Assembly (NCBI GenBank): GCA_003344405.1
Contig: NOWV01000135.1
Span: 186,001 to 206,518, forward strand
DNA length: 20,518 nt
Reading direction: 5' to 3'
Origin: Trichoplax sp. H2
Taxonomy: Eukaryota
Positions within the stretch are counted from its first letter, which is position 1; each line of letters begins with the position of its first letter. A model generated the notes under the pieces. That model was not told the DNA's origin, did not search any database, and was given only the letters and a program-made list of their open reading frames with translations. The position numbers and the translations under genes are program-made. Below are positions 9,396 through 20,229 of the stretch, piece after piece.

Positions 9396-12300
9396 TTCAG
9401 TATTAAGATCTTATTCCACCACCTCATCAATTTATCATAGCATAAAAAATAGTACAAGTTACAGTAGATGATGTAAATTGGCCTGTATAGAGCAATAATG
9501 TACATATTACAGAGTACCGGTAATTCTTCATTCTCAACTTTTTGTACAAGTAGTTTCTTACATATTGCGAAATATCTATACAGGCTACAGAGATAAACTA
9601 TAAAATGCTGATATTTGATTCCGTTGATCATATTTTCACTATCGTATGTACCTAGGTCTAATTTTAGACTGCTAATTCATGTATTGTTACGCATAATGCT
9701 CCGTTGGTGAACTACTGAGGTTAATTTATTATAAGATGTACAAGTTCAGTTAGAAAGTGTGGCAGATGCAAGCAAATACCGTAGGTCCACTTGGTCATAT
9801 TGATGATAGATTGTACAGTAAGGATATAGAATGATATTGAATAATATTGTTGAATGAGAAATTTAGTAGTTACAGTTCAAATAACGCAGACTGTAGCAAT
9901 CATATCTGACTAGGCCTTGCCATTAGTAAAATATGTAGGCTAACTGACTCAAATTTAGTGCCATAAATGATAGTAAATAGATAGAATGGCAAATTTACAA
10001 TTGCCTAATAGATTATATATATATATACAGACAGGTAATCCAGCTCAAGTTTTTAGATTGTTAGGTTCTACTCCTAGCTGATATTCAATTAGTAACCATT
10101 ATTAAGCTGCGAAAAATACATTGTACAGTAAAGCTCAATAAAGGACTTTAAGCATACTGTATTTCTAATAAAGTGAGATATGTCTCATATAATTCACTTA
10201 ACTTTCGTGATGTAACTTACTATTAAGAAATATAGTATACTTTCGTCCGTAGTCTATATGTTTCTCACGTACTATAGACCACAAAAGATTTTAATATAAT
10301 AGATTAGTAGTCATAATGAATACCTAAAAATAGATCAAAAGTTTAGTATAGTAAATCGTGCATAGTTGTCTTTTGTGGTATATCACTAATAAGTCGTACC
10401 ATTAAAAAACATTTAATTCATACGTACTATAAGCCATAGAAATTACACTGTGCTGTATAAGCTATATCAGTGATAATGCATATTTTGGTTCTATATTTCG
10501 GTATACGCCTTCACTAGACTCTGGTATACGCTATCAAGCTGTGCAATTTGTTGAAATAATCCTATAAGAGTCATTGATATATTTTAGCGTCCATCATCCA
10601 AATGCAATCTACAACGAAAATAAATAATCTGTGATGATAAATGCAAGTGTTTTGTTACAAATAACATACTGTAATATGATTGATGCCGAAAAGTTAATCG
10701 AGAGTAATTCTAGTCAAGGAAATGCATAACAGGGCGACTTTCAGAATTTGCCTATTTTACGTTTAGGCAATCTATACTGCGTAAACTCACCGCTCAGGAC
10801 GCAACATGAACGCGTTAATGATATCTATACGTGTTGAAATGAACTTCATCAGTACAATTCTAAATATGCCTTATGTAAGTTAATTATTTTGTATTCTCAA
10901 GACTTAAAATGACGATGCTAATGCTATAGTTTTGAATTTGACTTGATCATTGCCACTTATCCAGTATTGACTTGTCTAGGTCTCATCGATGATACCGTCT
11001 TGCGCTACAAGTCTAAATTATTTCACTTTAATGTAGCCATGTCACATTTAGTTATCCATAATAGATTAACTAAGAATGAGCTGAAAGGGCTAATCACTTT
11101 GCAACATAAGAATAATAAAATAATCCAATTTAAATTTCATGTATCCACAGAGGATGAATACATTGTGTCTCGTATTTACAATATATGATGTTCAGACGAT
11201 AATGATAACTTACTCTTTATGCACTCGGTAATCAATATCAGAAAATTGAAGGTTTAAAAAAAGCCGTTTAATAATGTTGAAAGTTACTATTTAAAAAAAG
11301 GACTGCAATAACTACTCATGCGTGAACTCATTCAATTTCAATTACTGTACAGATCATGGATGACATTTATATACAATATCTTGCTGATAAACAGGACATT
11401 GTGTGCCATTACATCCCTAAGTGAATAGGAGAATCCAATCGATACTAAAATCCTATTGACCAGAAATATCTGTCCAGAGCATAGCGGAAATCTTTTCATT
11501 GATATTTGTATAAGGCATTTTTTATTGTATCAGAAATCGATCATCACCAATTTAAATATAAGAAAGGAAAACATTAAAAATATGCTTTTACTATCACGTG
11601 CAACGTTTTCTTGTTTAGTAATATATCAAGACAACATTGGCAATAAATTTAATAATTTATGTTTCATACGAGGCAGTCGTGTTAGCTTATACCCGTATAA
11701 TGAATGATATGTATACATATATATATAGATAAATATACTGCACATATATACAGTATATACCTTTTATAAGTTATAATTTTTATATAGTATCAATGAATTA
11801 TAGTTGTGAACGTTATCAACTCCAATTTTAGATCATTTAATATCGAAGCACTATTAAGCATAAAATTTACCCAAACTACTTCTGTAGTACTTGAAAAATT
11901 ATAATATATAAAGAGTGATCAATAAAGAAGTGATAATTAACAAACACGCTTTCACATGGCAGCATCAGGTCACGGCATCAAGATATACCGTGTTTTTTTT
12001 CTATGAAATGCAGTCACAATTACCTTTCGCTAAATTCGTCAAATTGAATTGGCTCGAGGACAGAAAACTTTATAGTTATTACAATATTTAGCAGTTTAAT
12101 CAGTTAAATATATTGCACTAGTGAAATATTAATTATTACTATTCCTAATTTACATCTTATAATGCGTAATAGTGTGTTATTCAATTAAACAAATTTCGTA
12201 ATATGCTTATAATGTCATCTTAATTGCACTGCAAGATTACTATAAATGTTATAAGCTCTAATTTCATTTCAAGATCATATTCTCAAGATGCATTGATTAT

Positions 12301-12928
12301 TATTTTCAATCATCACTAACTTAAATAACGTTATTAAACATCTCTAGTTAATACGTACTTAGATATATACATATGCTGTAAATATATACAGCTATATTAT
12401 ACATAGATACAGTGTTAACCAAAATATACCGTTAGGAAATCACTTGAAATTTAAAAAATTGTACATATTCGTATACTGATGTCAGGCCAAACTTATTTAG
12501 CAAGTGAACACATTGATGTCATTCAGCTTATTATTTAGAAGACAAGTATACATAGAGAAATTGTGTTAACGGCAGTGTGTTGCATGCGGACGGTTATAAA
12601 AAACTAGTCTATATAAGCAAGATGTACATAAATAATATCGACTGATTAGCCATTACACGTCTAAGTTTAATTAACGTCACATTAGGTGTATATTAATTTT
12701 TAAAGGCATTGATATAATAAATATCCACGTAAACGTATCACAAATAATAGATATCTAGTTCGTAACTGCATTCGTGCAAGTACATAATTGTGGTGTAATA
12801 TAAAATTTAGATAAATCTTAAACTCATCTTTATCAGGATGATATGCATTGTTACTTTAAGCTTTCGTTGTAAATTTATAACGAAAGATACATCGTTAGAT
12901 GTAATTCATTGATGTTATAAATACAGGT

Positions 12929-12934
12929 TTTATT
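12929..12934 (-). terminator. Candidate polyadenylation signal (AATAAA) for CLEC16A
   Basis: tttatt on the + strand, ~145 nt downstream of the CLEC16A stop codon. The hexamer is common in AT-rich DNA. Confidence 0.3.
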
Positions 12935-13077
12935 CCAGTGAATATCAATATAAGATATAAATAATTTTTCTTCCGAGATATTAAGACGGGTAGATTTTAT
13001 ATAAAATTTTATGTACTGTACAAGTATACCTGGCCTTCTACGTATTAGCCAAGATTGAGTAAAACTGCACTAAAAAT

Positions 13078-13821
13078 TTAATTTGTATCATTTCTTAACT
13101 CCTCAATGTTGTTGTCTGAATCCCCATCTACTGCATTTTTTTGTGCAGAATTACCTTTTAAAGGAGGTAATAACCTAACTGAATCATTATTACCTAAGTT
13201 TGCAGTTCCTAGGGAGCGATTTAGACTTCCTTTCAAAGACATATCTTCACTAATTTCATTTCCAGACGTTATTTCGAATACAGGGGAAGGAGGTAATAGT
13301 TGTACATTAGAAGCGGAAATTTCACTTTTATCTGTTGCTTTGTTGACAAAGGCATCGCTGTTGCTGCTTTGTGTTTGTACAGTTGCTTCATCTGTAACTG
13401 AATCATTATTAGAGCGACTATTATCGATGGTAGATTCATCCAGTTTCAACTCATGTTGAGGTTTCGGTGCTTCATTAATAATTGTAGAAAATTCTTCAGT
13501 TACAGCGGGTTTCATTTGCAAATCGGATGTGGAATCATTTTTTATAATATTAGCAGCATCATTGGCATTTGCGGCCTGGTTTGCTGCTGAAAATGAAATG
13601 CCTAGCACTTGCCCAAGTTGATATAATTTCTTCTGTCTGACGATAAGTCGACCTCCTTTTAAACGCTGTCTAGCAACACTACAGTTGATATGGTCAGTGA
13701 AAACAAACTTTGCCGTTAACATGGACAAAGTACCGCGACTAATAGCAGTTGCAGTTGAGGTTTGCCGTATACTAATTTGAAGAGATTTGTTGTCATCACG
13801 TTCGCTGGACACTTCCACGTC
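13078..13821 (-). CDS. CLEC16A: CLEC16A terminal exon: [20 protein letters not shown]...[18 protein letters not shown]...ELRNDTN*
   Basis: actaaag| acceptor, 744 nt to TAA. A conserved block is followed by a Ser/Asn/acidic tail. Confidence 0.9.
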   Translation of the reverse strand, partial: DVEVSSERDDNKSLQISIRQTSTATAISRGTLSMLTAKFVFTDHINCSVARQRLKGGRLIVRQKKLYQLGQVLGISFSAANQAANANDAANIIKNDSTSDLQMKPAVTEEFSTIINEAPKPQHELKLDESTIDNSRSNNDSVTDEATVQTQSSNSDAFVNKATDKSEISASNVQLLPPSPVFEITSGNEISEDMSLKGSLNRSLGTANLGNNDSVRLLPPLKGNSAQKNAVDGDSDNNIEELRNDTN

Positions 13822-16800
13822 CTTTAGTAAAAATAACGACACCGACAAAGTTATAGTTTATATTACATTAATATCTTGAACTGAATGAAACTTAAAGCAA
13901 AGAATATATAAATCCATCAACAATTTGAAGGATTTATCATTATACCTGCAAGTTTCCAACAAAACGAACAATACCCCATCCATATTTCGTTGAATCTGTA
14001 TCAACCAAGATAAACTGTGTTTCTCTAATAGCTAGAAAGCGTCGGACCATTCTAAAAATTAAATTTTAAGAAATTTTTAACGTTAATGGTACAAATAATA
14101 CCAATAAAACAAAATCAATTCAGCTTAGTATTACTTTTCGCTCGTTATGACATGGCAAGCTATTAAATCGATATTGCCTAGTATTAAAATAAGAAGCAAA
14201 CGTTATTTGCGCGTTAATACGCAATTATTTCTTGATTTGTTAGAAAGAAATATTCAAATGATATGCTCACACATAGAAGATACTGTGTGAGGGGATATAT
14301 TACTAACTTAATTCCAAAACATCTTTAACATTTATTGATCCAATAATATCAAATAGCGATAGATTGTTATTTCTTGTTCCTTCGAACTTGTTAACTAATT
14401 TTCTGGTCATTAAGTAGATTCTCATAGCCTTAAGCATATAGCAGAGTATAAATTAAGATTAAATTCAAGGATCTCATCATTTAATGATAGTTAGCAATGT
14501 TATTAGCTTACTCGGCGTGCCCTTTCTATTGAATTACAAGGTAAACGTTTAGAAAATTCTATAGTGGTAATTGAGGAGCGGCTGTAGGGAAGTAGCAACG
14601 ATCCGTCCATGATTAGCTTACTAATTCCAATAGGCTTGTTATTCTAGTATACGAAGTTTATTAAAAACATTGATTATTAAGTATTTAAAACCCTAATAGT
14701 ACATTTCAAGAGTGTAATATCTTCATACGGCAAACCTTTAAACTCCGGTATTCATCCTCAAACATGTCTAAGAATACATCTTCCACCTTTATTTAACGCC
14801 ATCATATTACAAAAGAGTACTACTGTTAGTTTCGTATGATCAGTAACCAAGAATGTTTTAAAAATTTAGTTAGAATTCGGAATTACCGTATAAAATACCC
14901 TTAGTTGCTCAGCAGAAAGTTCTAGTACCCTCTATGCAATAACAACAGATTGAAATGCAATATCAACATAAGCTGCCAACATAGACATTATCAATTTGCT
15001 AAACAGTTAATCTAGCAATTAAATACTTATTGAATGTTAAAACTAACGTAAAGTGATTGCACATGATTTTCACAAAGCAATCGCGCATTTGAATGAGGAT
15101 TTATAGATAGGTGTTCCAAAGTTCTAATTAAAACTTCAAAGGTAACAAGACGGGTATGGCTTTCTGTTTAATGGGATAAAAACCAATATTAAGTGATAGC
15201 TTTAAATTGGCATTACAGCTATCGTTACATCTATTATTCAAGTATAACTTTGTAACCTTGAGAGCAAGACATTTCAGTAATGCTGAATAGTTTTTCAACA
15301 AGTTCATAATGATGAGGAGCCTCCTTGCGTATAAAATATTAGAGAAGATACATTCATATTTTTTCAACAATATGAGCACATAAAATTTATTACCGCTTTA
15401 GGCGTTTCTCCTAACGGTAGAAGGTTTTTTAACAAACTTGGGGATATACCTTGTAGTAGAGATAGAGTATAAACACAATCATTTCAGTATAAAAAGCTCT
15501 ATTAAATAAAATAGAATTAATATCTTACCTTTAGTTTCCAAAATGCCATTTACTAAAATTAATATAAAAAGTATAGCAGTATCTTCATCGCTACTTTCAA
15601 TATACTTTAGCAATTCTTTCCAGAACAGCGTTGAGCTTCTGCAAAATTGATAGTTACAGTCAGTATAGCGATTGATACGAGCAAAACGCAGTAGCACAGT
15701 TAAAGAGGAAGCGCATATTTAATTGAAGCAATTTAAGGTCGCATTCAACATTAGTACAGTATAATTGGCGTACCTATTATTTAGTTGTCCCTGCATAACA
15801 ATCAAAAAATATGAATAAGTATAGAAATATTTAGAACATAGAAAATGCAAGACTATTTAATTACCTCGACAGTAGATAGATTATCCGTCGCTTCAGTGGC
15901 TAATAATAAAAAAAAATTTCGATAAAGATGATGAGCCGCTTTATGCATTTGCAATAGGTTCATAGTTGATAACTTACATTCAGAATTTGCGTCATCGCAA
16001 ATGTTCGAATTTTTTTCAACAGCTGAATCGATCAACGATCCATTTTCTGTGTTGATCTCGGAAGGCCATCCAGAATCAGCAGTTAAAGTTGACGTAGATT
16101 TCAGTGTTGATAAGGAGTTCTCATCCAGTTGGTTGTCAATTTTCGACATCGCCGATGAGCTTGCATCTGATTGGTTATTAGAATTTTCTTCATCTTGCCG
16201 CTGCTCAATTTCTGTTGTTGTGCTAGTGCCAACGTCGGAAAAGCTACTCTCACTGTCCGAAGAAACACTAAGCTCATCAGAAGAACTTTCTGGAAAAAGA
16301 AACTGATCTCCGTCGAAGCTAGTATTGACGGTAGCTGTAGTAGTCTTGACTTTGAATGCAGATAATGTCTGACTTAAGCCTTGTTGTGGAGGCCCAAAGA
16401 CGCGGTAACAGCCAAGTAATGATACGCTTCTCTTTTTCATCTTTGGGAATGTTAAAAGTAATTACTTCGATAGCTGTCAAATGATCAATGAAAAATAACT
16501 ATATTGTAATAAAATTTTGTACATACTAAGCCTGAAGAAGTATTACTGCTAGCATCTGACGATTTATGAGCTTTCGCCATTAGAATAGATTCCTCGCCAT
16601 ACAGTACAATATCGCAAAGGCAAGAGATCAGCGGTCGATAGGAAATAATATAGAATATCTATAACAAAATATAATCATATATAAGGAATATAATTTTTAG
16701 TTAATAACAAAAAATACCAATTATGTTAACTGCAAATATTCTAGACTGTATCTTGAAGATATATAATAATTGCATAGCTGTAGTATAAAGACATACTTCA

Positions 16801-19800
16801 CTCGAACTGTGATCCATTTTTATGCTTACATGATAATATACTGTAGTGTAAGTTAGCCAATAAAAAGAACTATAAAAACAATGTCCAGCATTTACCTGAG
16901 AGAGTAAATAAATGGCAATGGCAGGATGAATTCTAGTTTTCGCGCTCTGGAAGATTAAAATAGTACATTTATTGTGAGTTTTTAAAATTTTGAACTCAAC
17001 TACAGTTAAATCGACAATCAATTAAACTTGTACAATAAATGTATAAATAATAAGTTAGATTAAATCTTACTTGGCCGTTGTCGCCATCGTCTCTTGGCAT
17101 TTCTTGAGTAAGCAAGGAATTAACATACAAGGGAATTATCAATCGATTGAGTAGTTGATCTGTTAAGATACTATTTAAGCAGCCGATATTAAGACAATAA
17201 ATGTCGTTGATATAGTGTAAATGATCCACATGTTCAGCAACGAGATCTTTTAATCTTGAACAATTTGATAAACTATATCAAAAATTATGACGCATATATT
17301 AGTGCACATATCCTTATAATATTTACTATGGTCCTGAAAAAGAAAACAGTATCTGATCTAAAGAAAGCAAGAAGGATTTTTGACTAACCTAGATTTAATG
17401 CGATAAGTATCAATCTGCAAAGTTACATTTCCAATCGACCATGCTAAGCTAGAAAAGTACGGAATAGCGGTTCGATTTCGAATAAATCGTAACATCGGAG
17501 GATCAGCAACTGTTAAGTGTAACAAACAAATTGTGTATAGCATAAACACATTATAATCAGTAAAATGAAAATAGCTGCAATTCTCTCTATACATGCGTTT
17601 GATATATATAAATAACATACAATACAGCATACAGGGTGTATCCAGTAAATATACTCGTAAGTGATGTAGTACCTCTGAAAACATTTAAGGTGAGTGTTCT
17701 AACGGCCGTACGGACCATACTCTCGCTGTGATCAAAAAACTTGATTGCTTCGGTGTATAAAGGAAAATTTTGTTGATGCTAACATATGTAATACAAAAAA
17801 AGCCAACTTACGTAATGCTCAAATAATACTTCATGAACAGATGAAATACTATAGGTGGTGTATACGTATAAAGGGTGATAGAGAAAATGTATGTCATAAT
17901 ATTCTATGTATGAATATGTCGTTTATTGAAGTGGGGTATCATATTATTAAAGAGTATATTATTTTCTCAGATTTACGTCTACAGTTGACTATTATTATAA
18001 TGCATACAAATAGGTAACATTCACACAAGTAACGATGACATTAGGTTAAACTAGTTGTTACAATGTAATTTTTAATTGAAATTGCATCCAAGTTATACAG
18101 AATACGAGTATAGTAGTATTATTATGAAATATCGATTGTGAGTACCTCATTGTAGAAGAAATGGATTGTGTCTTGATCCAATTTTAAAGATAGAGTTTTC
18201 AGTATAGAAATATAGTACGCTAGTGTCTGAAATATAAGCCGTTAAACAATTAGTAGTGCCCTTATTAACTGAACCTTCGATGAGAATTCTATACTTGTTT
18301 ATTTATCCGTTCTACGTACCTCATCATCGGAAAAGTCATATTTATAAACAATTACATTATTGATATGGTTATTGGATAGCAAATAATCTGAAAAGATCAA
18401 CATTAAGTGAAGCAATTAAGACCCACGTAAATAAATTTCTTTGGGGTAATAATACTCGTCATTAACTATTTCCTGAATCAGTGATGACTGTCATGTAAAT
18501 AATACTAAACTGCTAGTTATAATATAGTACCGTATAATTAAAAGCGAAGGTTGATTTTATAGCATGATATGCAACATCTGCGCACATTGTAAAGATGACA
18601 TTAAGGCAATATCATTTTCAATGTTCATCATATCAATTAAAAATTAATGTTTAACTTACATAAAGAATTTCTATTTCGAAGATTTTCCAGCAAGATATTA
18701 ATTGTTTGCAATAATTGAACTCGTACAATCTGTGATTTTTGCTCCAAGAATCTTATTAATAGTGACAACATGTTCTTCTCGGCGAATAAGCTATAAAGGC
18801 AATCATGGTTATAGACTTATAGATATTGTTTTCATTGACACACACCTGAGTATAATATTTTGAAATATATCGGCAACACCGAACTTATGAAGTGTATTGC
18901 AAGACACCCTACTACTAAAAATGAGCATGTCATATTTATCCTAATCATAAGCATATCAAATAGCTCTAGTTAAAATATTTATAGGTAGTAATGGAATCAG
19001 TGGTATACATCCATCCAGTAGTTGCTGTAAATATTTATCGCAAAAGGGGGAAGCCATGAAGGCAATAAAAATTTCCCGTATAAATGACTCCACTAAATAT
19101 GAGTACATGACTATAATTACATCTAAATTAACCAAAGCGAGAATTGATCGAAGAAAAGTTATTCCTACAATGTAACATCTTACAATTATAATATCTTGAT
19201 ATTTGTTGTCGTTGTAAGATTTTTCTCGTATAGTACAATGATCAAACTACTTGCTGTCTATTTTTCGTACATGCCATAATAACACATTGCATTCAATTGA
19301 AAAATCTTTACTACTTCCTGCTACAAGGATAATTTTCAAACAAGTTAGTTTTACTAGTAGTAAAGTAAAAAGTGACGAAAGGAGTTTTGTGCATTTCAAC
19401 TAGCATTATAATGCTAGTTGTGAAGTCATTACCCTCCATGCCTTCTCCTAAACATAGGATATACGAGAAACTTTCTTGCATGTTATATCAACATTGATGT
19501 TATTTTGCTCAATCAAACTGGATTCAGTAATTGGATAGAAAATGGAAAATCGCAACAATATGGTATTGAAAGGAATCAACATTCTACTCTTAATATTATA
19601 AATAAATATTACTATCACAAACAGGTTTAAAATGTTATGGTTAAACTATTTACAATTGCTTTCTTTTACCGATAAGAGTTGCTAAGACATCTTATCTTCC
19701 ATTGCTCGAATGTTATTTATTGTAGATGATCGTGATAATCTCAGTATCATGTCCTAAGGACAATACATTATATATCAAGACAGCAGCAAGGGTATTTTAT

Positions 19801-20229
19801 ACTGATAAAGTAATGGCAATTATGATTCATGATAGCCAGGCAAAGTCTCATTCCATGTGATACAATATACAGTAAGTTTAAATTGTATCGAAACGAACGA
19901 GTGAATTCAACTATTTCTACTGGTGGTCAAAAAATGTCTTTTGATGAAAGGGAAAGTCTTATTGATTTTTGACAAGCTGAATGCTGTCCTACTATTTTAT
20001 CATCATTTGTCTATATACATACAGTATCCATCGTACACGATTATGACGCTAGTTGGATGGAATTTTCCAAGACTATTCATTGTTGACAAAATGAACTTAC
20101 TCAAATATTCTTCCATCGTGTTGATCACCCCAGATAATAATTTCTGCCATAGAACGCAAGGATTCAACGATTAATCCTCGATTGCGGTCAGTAACGGTAA
20201 TGTTTTTCAACAAGACGGTATATAAATGC
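13078..20229 (-). CDS. CLEC16A: CLEC16A / gop-1 / ema family endolysosomal trafficking-autophagy protein (N-terminal FPL domain), 22 exons in the window, 5' exon missing
   Basis: The spliced translation is open for 3205 nt and every intron is GT-AG with matching phase. Hallmark blocks: [132 protein letters not shown]. All closely match human CLEC16A as recalled. Confidence 0.95.
13946..14051 (-). CDS. CLEC16A: CLEC16A exon: [35 protein letters not shown]
   Basis: tttttag|...|gtataa, 106 nt. Confidence 0.92.
14135..14177 (-). CDS. CLEC16A: CLEC16A exon: [13 protein letters not shown]
   Basis: atactag|...|gtaata, 43 nt. DLIAC is conserved. Confidence 0.88.
14308..14428 (-). CDS. CLEC16A: CLEC16A exon: [40 protein letters not shown]
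   Basis: gcttaag|...|gttagt, 121 nt. Confidence 0.88.
14512..14643 (-). CDS. CLEC16A: CLEC16A exon: [44 protein letters not shown]
   Basis: atactag|...|gtaagc, 132 nt. Confidence 0.9.
14736..14786 (-). CDS. CLEC16A: CLEC16A exon: [17 protein letters not shown]
   Basis: aataaag|...|gtttgc, 51 nt. [11 protein letters not shown] is highly conserved. Confidence 0.9.
14887..14931 (-). CDS. CLEC16A: CLEC16A exon: [15 protein letters not shown]
   Basis: tgcatag|...|gtaatt, 45 nt. Confidence 0.82.
15048..15163 (-). CDS. CLEC16A: CLEC16A exon: [38 protein letters not shown]
   Basis: taaacag|...|gttagt, 116 nt. RLVTFE corresponds to the conserved RLATLE. Confidence 0.82.
15257..15323 (-). CDS. CLEC16A: CLEC16A exon: [22 protein letters not shown]
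   Basis: acgcaag|...|gttaca (weak donor), 67 nt, phase-consistent. Confidence 0.75.
15394..15449 (-). CDS. CLEC16A: CLEC16A exon: (G)[18 protein letters not shown]
   Basis: ctacaag|...|gtaata, 56 nt, phase-consistent. Confidence 0.78.
15529..15638 (-). CDS. CLEC16A: CLEC16A exon: [36 protein letters not shown]
   Basis: tttgcag|...|gtaaga, 110 nt. Confidence 0.85.
15774..15790 (-). CDS. CLEC16A: CLEC16A 17-nt microexon (GQLNN-R)
   Basis: tgttatgcag|GGACAACTAAATAATAG|gtacgc. It converts phase 0 to phase 2, as the flanking exons require. Confidence 0.75.
15865..16440 (-). CDS. CLEC16A: CLEC16A large exon (Ser/Thr/acidic internal low-complexity region): MKKRSVSLL...DNLSTVE
   Basis: cccaaag|...|gtaatt, 576 nt open frame (ORF 15853-16440). 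Confidence 0.82.
16527..16658 (-). CDS. CLEC16A: CLEC16A exon: [44 protein letters not shown]
   Basis: gttatag|...|gtatgt, 132 nt, phase 0/0. Confidence 0.85.
16896..16946 (-). CDS. CLEC16A: CLEC16A exon: [17 protein letters not shown]
   Basis: cttccag|...|gtaaat, 51 nt. Matches the conserved ..LYLLSQ block. Confidence 0.88.
17071..17272 (-). CDS. CLEC16A: CLEC16A exon: [67 protein letters not shown]
   Basis: gatatag|...|gtaaga, 202 nt. Confidence 0.9.
17389..17509 (-). CDS. CLEC16A: CLEC16A exon: [39 protein letters not shown]
   Basis: ttaacag|...|gttagt, 121 nt. Confidence 0.9.
17673..17778 (-). CDS. CLEC16A: CLEC16A exon: [35 protein letters not shown]
   Basis: atgttag|...|gtacta, 106 nt. 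Contains the FPL motif. Confidence 0.93.
18146..18226 (-). CDS. CLEC16A: CLEC16A exon: [27 protein letters not shown]
   Basis: atttcag|...|gtactc, 81 nt. Confidence 0.93.
18320..18387 (-). CDS. CLEC16A: CLEC16A exon: [22 protein letters not shown]
   Basis: ttttcag|...|gtacgt, 68 nt. Confidence 0.93.
18660..18790 (-). CDS. CLEC16A: CLEC16A exon: [43 protein letters not shown]
   Basis: tttatag|...|gtaagt, 131 nt, FPL domain. Confidence 0.93.
19397..19420. repeat. Perfect 24-bp palindrome in the largest CLEC16A intron seen
   Basis: caactagcatta|taatgctagttg is its own reverse complement. Confidence 0.9.
20101..20229 (-). CDS. CLEC16A: CLEC16A exon (first found in window): [42 protein letters not shown]
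   Basis: tttttag|...|gtaagt, 129 nt. It begins mid-codon, so an upstream exon is required. Confidence 0.93.

Noticed and set aside
3816-11707. Scattered 60-85 aa hydrophobic ORFs in the spacer (3816, 5625, 6231, 6946, 8062, 8576, 9374, 10943, 11456)
   Set aside because: They have the I/F/Y/L/K/N-rich composition expected from random AT-rich DNA, many use non-ATG starts, and none shows a motif.
13106-13459. + strand 117-aa ORF
   Set aside because: Antisense shadow of the CLEC16A terminal exon.
15128-15379. - strand 83-aa ORF as a CLEC16A exon
   Set aside because: Wrong frame. The true exons (15257-15323 and 15048-15163) use other frames that match the family.
16001-16365. + strand ORFs 16001-16306 and 16171-16365
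   Set aside because: Antisense shadows of the large Ser-rich CLEC16A exon.
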